Source: Candidatus Lokiarchaeum ossiferum (GTDB lineage: Archaea > Asgardarchaeota > Lokiarchaeia > Sigyniarchaeales > Promethearchaeaceae). Taken from it: a stretch of 32,000 nucleotides of DNA. A model generated the notes under the pieces. The model was not told the origin of the DNA, ran no database searches, and saw only the letters and a program-made list of their open reading frames with translations. Below are positions 22,290 through 29,512 of the stretch, piece after piece (position 1 is the stretch's first letter; the number at the start of each line of letters is the position of its first letter). A program made the translations under genes and the position numbers. The stretch is from positions 4,890,001 to 4,922,000 of the forward strand of contig CP104013.1 of the NCBI GenBank assembly GCA_025839675.1, read 5' to 3'.

Positions 22290-23474
22290 TTAAGCGATTT
22301 TATACATGGATTTAATAATATTCCACCGTTTATTGATTTCTTCTGCCGTTCTCATTTTAACCAACAGCCATTTCAATCCGGTCCTATACATTCCATAGAT
22401 TTTTTTAATATGTTTATAATCTTTGGTTTTTTTAAGCCCCTTGGAATATAATTTTGCGAGGGATTTTGTCCAAAGATCCTCATTATGTTGTTTCGCAAAA
22501 TCTGCACTAAATTTTGCCATGCGCATCGAAGATGCAATTCCTGAAGCGCCTGATGCCTCCACATATCCAATAGCACCTCCTATTAACATTAATCCTGGAC
22601 GAGGCATTATATTTTCATGCAAAGCTCCAGTGTTGATACAAGAAACTCCTTCAAATTCCACAACAGTATTTTTCATCAAATCTGAGAAATGGGGATAATG
22701 TTCAATTAACTCGTACCAAACTCTTTTTAATTCTTCGTCATCAGGCATATCACAAAAATCTCGTAATTGCAAAGCCTCTGGGGTAAAAACCATTAATCCA
22801 ATCTCACATTCATCGTTACCACGGGGAAAAATAAAAATGATTGCAGGCGGAAATCTTGGAGCATATTTTAACATACCAGCAGAAATGAAGAAATATTCAA
22901 AACCTTTATATTCCCCTTTGAAATTTGAAATTTTTCTTTTTACTATTGGACATTGAATCATTTCATAAGGGACACCCATGGTCCTACCAATATTGCTTTT
23001 ATAACCATCACAAGCCATAACCGTCTTTCCATAAATTTTTTCACCAGATTTTAGTTGAACTCCAACACAAACTTTTTTATCAATTAGTGGATAAACAACT
23101 TCTGAATTACACCGAATTTCGGTTTCTGTTTCATTGACGCGATTAATTAATAAATTGATGAAGGTATCCCATTCATAAACAATAGAAGGTGAATCACGAT
23201 AAATCTCAAAATTATTTTTTGCATTTGGGCTATTGAATTTCCGTGCTGCTGTTATATGTTTAGAGAGCATATTCAACACGTTAGATCCAAGAACCTCGGT
23301 GAAGATACGGGCTGCATGTAACGTTTCTCCTCGTGGAAATGGGGATGGTCGGTCTTCTTTTTCTAAGATCAATGTGGATAAGCGATGGCGACCACATAGA
23401 ATACCAGCAGTTAAACCCGCTGGACCTGCACCACTGATGATCACATCGTAAGGATTTTCTTTTGTTCCTTTCAT
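22290..23474 (-). CDS. geranylgeranyl-reductase-family FAD-dependent oxidoreductase
   Basis: The N-terminal dinucleotide motif is 'YDVIISGAGPAGLTAGILC...LILEK'. Later come 'VMACDGYKSNIGR' and 'LIGGAIGYVEASGASGIASSM' (a GDAAG-like second FAD motif). The length of 394 aa is typical of the archaeal GGR family. Confidence 0.7.
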   Translation of the reverse strand: MKGTKENPYDVIISGAGPAGLTAGILCGRHRLSTLILEKEDRPSPFPRGETLHAARIFTEVLGSNVLNMLSKHITAARKFNSPNAKNNFEIYRDSPSIVYEWDTFINLLINRVNETETEIRCNSEVVYPLIDKKVCVGVQLKSGEKIYGKTVMACDGYKSNIGRTMGVPYEMIQCPIVKRKISNFKGEYKGFEYFFISAGMLKYAPRFPPAIIFIFPRGNDECEIGLMVFTPEALQLRDFCDMPDDEELKRVWYELIEHYPHFSDLMKNTVVEFEGVSCINTGALHENIMPRPGLMLIGGAIGYVEASGASGIASSMRMAKFSADFAKQHNEDLWTKSLAKLYSKGLKKTKDYKHIKKIYGMYRTGLKWLLVKMRTAEEINKRWNIIKSMYKIA

Positions 23475-23572
23475 TTTATATAAATATAATACATATCATC
23501 CTTAATTAAAAGCCATTGAAAGAAATTAACTAAAAATAAGGAAACCTTAAAAGATCATTGAGGTTAATTGTT

Positions 23573-23740
23573 ATGGAAATTGTAAAAAATGGAATTTGTA
23601 TTCAAGAAAAACAGTTAAGTGAGCGGTGTGGGCAGTGTGGTGAATGGTTGGTTCATTGTGTTTATAAATATCAATCAAAAAAATTAAAGCACGTTATTCG
23701 GTGTAAAAAATGCAATAGCGCCTCACGAATCAAGAAATAA
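23573..23740 (+). CDS. small zinc-ribbon protein (55 aa, hypothetical)
   Basis: Two CxxC pairs are present ('CGQCGEW' and 'CKKCNS'). ATG 23573 is preceded by GAGGT at 23560-23564 (SD-like, 8 nt spacing). There is no other support. Confidence 0.4.
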   Translation: MEIVKNGICIQEKQLSERCGQCGEWLVHCVYKYQSKKLKHVIRCKKCNSASRIKK

Positions 23741-23741
23741 A

Positions 23742-25088
23742 TTATAAAAAAAGACTTGGAATTTTTCCTAGCCCATCGTATGCGTTTCCAAGGCCAAAAT
23801 AAGTATTCGTCATAAAAGCGAGTGTGATTGAATTAGCCAAACCTTCATCTTCACGCGTGATTGCTGGTGTCGTGTCTGTTCCTCGATATTTTAATAGATC
23901 TAATAAGTTTTGTTCTGTAAAATGTGATGTTGAATTAAAAATGTCTTCAACATAAGCTTCCAGATATTGTTGTCGATCCAATGAATAATTTCCCCTCGTA
24001 AAACATGCTTCGTTCCACGTTTCATTAATGTACCGATTAGTGCTTACAAATGGGGATGCATATAATTGATATTTTTCAGGATAGCATTGCATTCCAATAA
24101 TGGATGTGTCATCAATAATCATAACATTAAACGAACAAGGTATTTTTGGTGAATTAAAATCTTCTATTATCATTTCTACGATTTCTTGACTGGTTTTTCC
24201 ACTTTCCAAGGCTTTTCGACTTAGAATCCCCGTTGGAGTTTGATATTCTCCAGAAGCATTACTATGGACAATGTTCACAAAGGTTTTAATTCCATAAGAA
24301 TTCATTGCACAAGGCATATTCAACATACCTCCCATCCGGAGACCAAATATTTCTGCTTTGCCAGGCATTTTAGTGTGGACCCATGCCAATCCCGGCAAGT
24401 ATCCTTTTTCTCCCCACCCTTTATTATTAATCACACGTGGAAAGTCAAAATTTTGTCCATAGGTCTTGGTCGAATTGTTTTCTTTAACTCCCACCACCGA
24501 ACATGCAATTTCCGCTCCTGGTTCATCCATCGTAGGATAGATTTGGGCATAAATAATATCAATAAAAGTGTTTTGGATAAGAATATCTTCAAAGGTTACT
24601 AAACTTCCGGTTTTTGCAGTTGCTCCTTTTGCCATTCCTTGCATTTCTTCAATGTAGTCTGAAGGAATAAATTCTTGGTATTTTGCTGCTTCTACCTTAT
24701 AATATGCATAATCATAGCCAGAAATCATAAGAGAAATGAGAATTTCAATTGAGAGAATCTCACTCCCGAGATTATATCCTTCGTGATATCCTAAATCGTA
24801 ATAATTTTCTGCTTCTACATAGAGATACTGCTGATTATTTCCTGCATCTCGCCATTCAGAATACCCTGTGGGATTATAGTGATTAAATAATCCTGTGAAG
24901 AAAAAAGGACAAAATCCAATTATGGCAATTAGGACGATGGCTGCAATTGGTCGAGCGAATTTGTTAAAACTTCCAAATAAAGCTTTATCTTTCTTCTTTA
25001 AAACAATTAAAACTAAAGTTAAAGTAAAAATAAGACTCAACGATATAATTATGCTTAATAGTATCATTACAATAATATTATCTTCCAT
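23742..25088 (-). CDS. membrane-anchored peptidase C45 / acyl-CoA:6-APA acyltransferase-like Ntn hydrolase
   Basis: Two N-terminal TM helices are followed by 'YDLGYHEGYNLGSEI' and 'GAEIACSVVGVKENNSTKTYGQNFDFP'. These fit the family pattern (y.rG.qhG..l..eI ... gCT.f.......g....grN.Dw) with a candidate nucleophile Cys. I prefer the ATG 25088 start; the ORF track extends to 25142. Confidence 0.5.
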   Translation of the reverse strand: MEDNIIVMILLSIIISLSLIFTLTLVLIVLKKKDKALFGSFNKFARPIAAIVLIAIIGFCPFFFTGLFNHYNPTGYSEWRDAGNNQQYLYVEAENYYDLGYHEGYNLGSEILSIEILISLMISGYDYAYYKVEAAKYQEFIPSDYIEEMQGMAKGATAKTGSLVTFEDILIQNTFIDIIYAQIYPTMDEPGAEIACSVVGVKENNSTKTYGQNFDFPRVINNKGWGEKGYLPGLAWVHTKMPGKAEIFGLRMGGMLNMPCAMNSYGIKTFVNIVHSNASGEYQTPTGILSRKALESGKTSQEIVEMIIEDFNSPKIPCSFNVMIIDDTSIIGMQCYPEKYQLYASPFVSTNRYINETWNEACFTRGNYSLDRQQYLEAYVEDIFNSTSHFTEQNLLDLLKYRGTDTTPAITREDEGLANSITLAFMTNTYFGLGNAYDGLGKIPSLFL

Positions 25089-25142
25089 TATTATAAACTG
25101 CGATGAAGAAACTTGCACAACATAGTGGAAAATATGTATCAA

Positions 25143-25286
25143 AAATACTTAAATAAACTTTTTTTGAATGAATTTTCATTTGATTGGTAGAAATTTCACA
25201 ATATTTAAATCTTGTCTGAACAAATTATCATTATTGGTTTCCGTACCTATTTATGGAAATCAATTTGAAATTAGAAATTACAATTT
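25143..25286. promoter_or_regulatory. divergent promoter region between the two peptidase genes
   Basis: A 144-bp (up to ~200-bp) AT-rich gap lies between divergent starts. TATA-like words are 'AATATTTAAAT' (25201-25211) and 'CTATTTATGG' (25248-25257), the latter ~30-40 nt upstream of GTG 25287 / ATG 25296. Confidence 0.3.
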
Positions 25287-28010
25287 GTGGTTGAAATGAT
25301 TAAAAATGTTAAAATTGTGAGGATTATACTTCTTGTCTTCATAGGGTCTATTATCGCAACTATTCCTACTGCACTAAGTCCAGAATCAAACATCGTTAAT
25401 TCTGACATTGTAGAATATAAGGAAATAGATTATGGGACGGAATTAAGGTCATTGAATATGGATAATATTCTTTTAAGCAATCCTTCCTTAATGCCATCAT
25501 CCTCAAGCGAAGATGAAATGATACCGTTATCAAGTGCTGCCAGTGTGGGGGATATTTTAAACTGGTATACAATTGATTCAACAAGTTCAAGCCAATTAGT
25601 TACTGCATCTTTTAAGTTACGTGCCATTGGGAGTCACACTGAAGTTTGGGTTCAACAAGATCTATCTTACCCCGATTCTCGACCAACTCCTGTAATTACA
25701 GATACCCAGTTAAATTATTTATTATCTGAATTCGAAAATACAATTTATCCAATCGATACAGAATATTTTGGTGATCCTGATTTTCATGATGGGACTGGGT
25801 CCTACTACAATGCTGACGGCAGAGATGTTGTGTTAGTCTCAAATATACGTGATGATATGTATTATGATGATACTTATCCTTATTATATCGCTGGGTTCTA
25901 TTGGAGTTATTTTGAAAGTACTTATGATCGAAACATAATTTCGATTGATTGTCGTAATTTTGATGATAAAGTAGGGACTGTAGCACATGAATATCAACAT
26001 TTAATTCATGATGATTATAATACCAATGATGACACCTTTATGAATGAAGGTTGTTCAATGTATGCAGAATTGTTATGTGGATATGAAGTACCTGCAGGGT
26101 ATACAACCGCATTCTTCACTACTCCTGATAATTCCTTAACCGATTGGAAAGATCAAGGTGATTTAAATTCAATTGCTGATTATGGATGCGTTTTCCTATG
26201 GACAACTTACTTAGCAGATCATTTTGGAGGGGCTGATTTAATTAGCTATTTTGTTCAAAATGGGGTTGCTGGGGTGAATGGTATCAATCAAGCTTTATCG
26301 CATTTTGGATATTCCGAAACTTTTGATGAAATTTTCCGAGATTGGACCATTGCAAATTACTTGTTAACTGATGCAATTGGTGGTGGAAAATATAACTACG
26401 ATAGTATTACTATAGAAGAAGAATTACGAGTTTATAATGTTGCCTCTCAAACAATCACTGATAAAACTGGCTCAAGTTTTGGGGAAACTATAACTTATAA
26501 CGATGATGGGACCGGTATCTATGAAATTTCTTCATATGGTTCTGATTATATTGAATTAACTGGAGTGGCCTCAAATCTTAATCAATATTTCACTTTTGAT
26601 GGGGATAATATTGCTGGATCCGATGGATTCTATTTAACATTAGTTAGTCTTGAATCTGGAGTTCCTACTGGAATTGAATTTGTTTCTCTCGATTCAAGTT
26701 ATGAAACCACCTTATCTCCTTTTGCTTTGTCTGCCATGACTGATGGAGATGTTGCTATGATTGTCTCCACAACTTCTGGATTGTCCGATTATAAATTTAG
26801 CATTTATCAAGAAGTCGATAACCCTCCAACCGTTGATATTACCAGTCCCGCTAATGGCGCCACTGTGGGTGACATAGTTTTAATTTCAGCTGAAGCTACC
26901 GATGGGGAAGGCATTGATTATGTCCGTTATCAAATTGATGGGGGATCATGGATTGTAGATAACACTGCTCCATATCAATGGTCTTGGGATACCACTGGAT
27001 TAGTCGATGGACAATCTTATACAATAAATGTGCAAGCTTTTGATACTGATGGAAACACTGCTGAAGATAGCATTACTGTTGTAGTTGATAATCGTGAAAT
27101 TTACCACACCGAAGTTGAATATACTGGTGCCGTTGCTGGATATGAAGTTGACTATTATCCAATTCAAGCTCAACCTGGAGCCATGACAGTTAGCGTTTCT
27201 TGGAGTGCTAGCAATGATATTGATTGCTATATCTGTACTGCCGAAGATTATTCAAACTATCTTGCTCGAGGTTATACTACTAATAATCCAGAATCTTGTT
27301 CTTATACCATTACAAGTGCTGGAACCTATTATGTTGCAGTTCGAATGTATACCAGTAGTGCTTCATCTACCGCCTATACATTAACGGTAGGATATTATAC
27401 TGGAAGTATTGAAGATCAAACTCCTTCTGTTTCTATTACTGGACCTACAGATGGTGAAACAGTCACTGGTGATGTCATTATTACAGCTGATGCTACCGAT
27501 GATATTGGAATTGATTATGTCCAATACCAAATCAATGGCGGTTCTTGGATTACCGACACTTCGGCACCTTTCCAATGGGCTTGGGACACAACCGGACTTG
27601 TCGACGGTCAAACATATACTATAGTAGTCCGAGCTTACGATACTGCTGGTCAATACGCGGAAGATTCTATTTCAGTTATTGTTGATAATGAAATCAGTGT
27701 AATTCATGTCACCGAAGAATTTTCAGGTAGTGTTAGCGCTCGCCAAGTACTCTATTTTGCAATTACTGCTGAACCTGGATTGGTAGAAGTATCGGCTTCT
27801 TGGGGAAATAGTTATGATATTGATGTATATATTTGTCAAAGTCAGAGTTATACTAGTTACTTAGCACGCGGATATACAACCAACAACCCTGAAACATGCA
27901 GTTATGACTTACAATCTGCTGGAACATACTACATCGCTGTAAGAATGTATTCTTCATCTGCTCCAAGCACTACATTTGCACTAACAGTCTCATATTATAA
28001 ACTTGCATAA
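25287..28010 (+). CDS. secreted zinc metalloprotease (gluzincin, HExxH...E; M30/M6-like) with two C-terminal Ig-like + pre-peptidase-C-terminal (PPC)-like modules
   Basis: The N-terminal signal/anchor is 'IVRIILLVFIGSIIATIPTALS'. The active site reads 'VAHEYQHLIHDDYNTNDDTFMNEGCSMYAE'. Two ~198-aa repeats each carry an Ig-like part ('GIDYV.YQI.GGSW......P.QW.WDTTGLVDGQ.YTI.V.A.DT.G') and a PPC-like part ('DID.YIC......Y.ARGYTTNNPE.CSY...SAGTYY.AVRMY'). The start is GTG 25287 or ATG 25296. Confidence 0.75.
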   Translation: MVEMIKNVKIVRIILLVFIGSIIATIPTALSPESNIVNSDIVEYKEIDYGTELRSLNMDNILLSNPSLMPSSSSEDEMIPLSSAASVGDILNWYTIDSTSSSQLVTASFKLRAIGSHTEVWVQQDLSYPDSRPTPVITDTQLNYLLSEFENTIYPIDTEYFGDPDFHDGTGSYYNADGRDVVLVSNIRDDMYYDDTYPYYIAGFYWSYFESTYDRNIISIDCRNFDDKVGTVAHEYQHLIHDDYNTNDDTFMNEGCSMYAELLCGYEVPAGYTTAFFTTPDNSLTDWKDQGDLNSIADYGCVFLWTTYLADHFGGADLISYFVQNGVAGVNGINQALSHFGYSETFDEIFRDWTIANYLLTDAIGGGKYNYDSITIEEELRVYNVASQTITDKTGSSFGETITYNDDGTGIYEISSYGSDYIELTGVASNLNQYFTFDGDNIAGSDGFYLTLVSLESGVPTGIEFVSLDSSYETTLSPFALSAMTDGDVAMIVSTTSGLSDYKFSIYQEVDNPPTVDITSPANGATVGDIVLISAEATDGEGIDYVRYQIDGGSWIVDNTAPYQWSWDTTGLVDGQSYTINVQAFDTDGNTAEDSITVVVDNREIYHTEVEYTGAVAGYEVDYYPIQAQPGAMTVSVSWSASNDIDCYICTAEDYSNYLARGYTTNNPESCSYTITSAGTYYVAVRMYTSSASSTAYTLTVGYYTGSIEDQTPSVSITGPTDGETVTGDVIITADATDDIGIDYVQYQINGGSWITDTSAPFQWAWDTTGLVDGQTYTIVVRAYDTAGQYAEDSISVIVDNEISVIHVTEEFSGSVSARQVLYFAITAEPGLVEVSASWGNSYDIDVYICQSQSYTSYLARGYTTNNPETCSYDLQSAGTYYIAVRMYSSSAPSTTFALTVSYYKLA
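26817..28007 (+). repeat. intragenic tandem duplication of a ~594-bp (198-aa) two-domain module
   Basis: Copy 1 is ~26817-27410 ('DNPPTVDITSPANGATV...TLTVGYYTGSI'). Copy 2 is ~27411-28007 ('EDQTPSVSITGPTDGETV...ALTVSYYKLA'). They are collinear, at roughly 60% amino-acid identity by eye. Confidence 0.85.
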
Positions 28011-28029
28011 AAATATCAACCTTTTCTAG

Positions 28030-28061
28030 TTTTTTTCTTTTTTCAACCTTTTTTTCGTTTT
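28030..28061 (+). terminator. cluster of oligo-T tracts (T7, T6, T7, T4), candidate terminator
   Basis: The cluster begins 20 nt after the TAA (28008-28010) of the metalloprotease gene. Confidence 0.5.
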
Positions 28062-28125
28062 ACTTTATTTGGGGTGTCCGAAGGTTATTTTCTTATAGAG
28101 ATTTCTATTTTTATTATTAACATAT

Positions 28126-28131
28126 AAAAAA
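28126..28131 (-). terminator. oligo-T tract (T6 on minus strand) downstream of tRNA-Arg
   Basis: A6 on the plus strand (T6 on the minus strand) lies 17-22 nt past the tRNA 3' end. Confidence 0.35.
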
Positions 28132-28147
28132 CTTTTGGGATATATAT

Positions 28148-28224
28148 GGCGGACCCGGAGCGATTCGAACGCTCGGCTTGTACCTTAGGAGGGTACCGCC
28201 CTATCCAGCTAGGCCACGGGTCCA
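28148..28224 (-). tRNA. tRNA-Arg (anticodon CCT), 77 nt, CCA encoded
   Basis: The reverse complement folds as GGACCCG-TG-GCCT-AGCTGGATA-GGGC-G-GTACC-CTCCTAA-GGTAC-AAGCC-GAGCG-TTCGAAT-CGCTC-CGGGTCC-G-CCA. That gives a 7-bp acceptor stem, 4-bp D stem (one U-G pair), 5-bp anticodon stem, anticodon CCT, 5-nt variable loop and 5-bp T stem. There is no intron. It forms a GC-rich island in AT-rich DNA. Confidence 0.9.
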
Positions 28225-28242
28225 AAATGAAAATTAAAAAGA

Positions 28243-28257
28243 ATTAATATTTCTAAT
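28243..28257 (-). promoter_or_regulatory. BRE/TATA-like element for tRNA-Arg
   Basis: The minus strand reads AGAAATATTAAT, with the TATA-like core about 20-28 nt upstream of the tRNA 5' end (28224). The same 74-bp gap must also hold the promoter of the divergent 28299 gene. Confidence 0.35.
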
Positions 28258-28298
28258 ATTTCATCTCAAAAAAATTTTTCTTCAGAGAAATTTACCAG

Positions 28299-29507
28299 AT
28301 GGATATTTATGATTGGAATCGGAACCTTCTAAAGATCAATCGACTAAATAATAAATATCACATGAAACCCGATGAATTTCTTAAATATCAATTCAGAACT
28401 TTAGAAGTTGTGCTTAAAGAAGATGTCCAGTATGATGGTAAAGATTATTTTAAGGACGTCTACTTTGTTCCGAACAATTTAACGACTGTTTCAATTTCTG
28501 ACGTGGATTTATCTTCCACTTTTATGGGGAAACGTTTGCAATACCCAATTTGTGTCGCTTCTTTAACTGGAGGCGACAAAAAATTGACAGAGATTAATAA
28601 AACCATTGGCGCTTTTGCGAACGAATATCAAATTGCTCAAGGGATTGGAGACCAAATTCATTGTGTCCAACCCAATGTTTCAAAAGAGGTTATAGAAAGC
28701 TATTCCATTGTTCGTGAACAAAATCCTAATGGTATGATTTTTGCAAATCTTTCTGGGAAATATTTGATTAAATCTAAGACATATATTAATGATGTCCGAA
28801 AAGCTATTGAAACTATTAATGCTGATGCTCTTGAAATTTATATTGAGCCCTTATTAAACATTTTATGGTCTCGGGAATCTCCTGGAACTCTTGGGTTTTT
28901 AGAACGGTTAAAAAAGGTGATTCTCAGTACCGATATTCCCGTATTTGTAAAGACAGTTAGTACGGGTTTGAGTAGTGAAGATGTTCGACAACTTTGGGAT
29001 GCTGGTGTTGCAGGAATTAATATTCAAGGCATAGGGGGAACAAGTTTTGCTCGAATTGAAACCTTGAAACGCCTTACACTTTCTCAAAAGCAAGCTGTTC
29101 CTACTGTAAAACGTCCTTTTGATTATTTTGGGACTCCCACCGTTTGGAGTTTGTTGGATGTGAAACTACGTCCCGAAAATAAGGACATCCCCTTAATTCT
29201 TGGAGGGGGTATCCGTGATGGAAGACAGGCGGTTAAAGCATTAGCGTTTGGTGCAGATATCATTAGTCTCGGATATCCTGTATTAATCAAGCTTACGGAA
29301 GATTTTGGCTATCCTGAAGAACATAATTTGGAGCGATGGTTTACACGTTTTATTCACCAGATGAAAATGACCATGTGCTTATTGGGGGCTCGTAATATTG
29401 ATGAATTACGTGAAATTGTCCGCAGTAGGGTCGTTATATTTGGAAAAACCAAAGAATGGCTCGAAGGGCGAAATTTGTCATTTCCACCTAAAAATAAACA
29501 TTTGTAG
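28299..29507 (+). CDS. type-2 isopentenyl-diphosphate isomerase (IDI-2/Fni)-like FMN-dependent TIM-barrel protein, divergent
   Basis: IDI-2-like motifs are retained: 'YPICVASLTGG' (MTGG-like), 'NIQGIGGTSF' (GxGGT) and 'LILGGGIRDGRQAVKALAFGADII'. Several other recalled IDI-2 motifs look substituted (see findings). The start could instead be ATG 28362. Confidence 0.55.
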   Translation: MDIYDWNRNLLKINRLNNKYHMKPDEFLKYQFRTLEVVLKEDVQYDGKDYFKDVYFVPNNLTTVSISDVDLSSTFMGKRLQYPICVASLTGGDKKLTEINKTIGAFANEYQIAQGIGDQIHCVQPNVSKEVIESYSIVREQNPNGMIFANLSGKYLIKSKTYINDVRKAIETINADALEIYIEPLLNILWSRESPGTLGFLERLKKVILSTDIPVFVKTVSTGLSSEDVRQLWDAGVAGINIQGIGGTSFARIETLKRLTLSQKQAVPTVKRPFDYFGTPTVWSLLDVKLRPENKDIPLILGGGIRDGRQAVKALAFGADIISLGYPVLIKLTEDFGYPEEHNLERWFTRFIHQMKMTMCLLGARNIDELREIVRSRVVIFGKTKEWLEGRNLSFPPKNKHL

Positions 29508-29512
29508 CCTTT

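Noticed and set aside
22269-22698. Plus-strand ORFs (60 and 91 aa) opposite the geranylgeranyl-reductase-family gene. The same applies to similar antisense ORFs at 23233-23451, 24240-24602, 24895-25125, 25396-25986 and 27381-27653.
   Set aside because: All are antisense or off-frame within long CDSs that carry clear motifs. None has a start context or a recognisable domain.
25170-25183. Short inverted repeat AATGAA-TT-TTCATT in the divergent peptidase promoter region.
   Set aside because: The arms are 6 nt and AT-only in very AT-rich DNA, which is expected by chance. There is no second copy.
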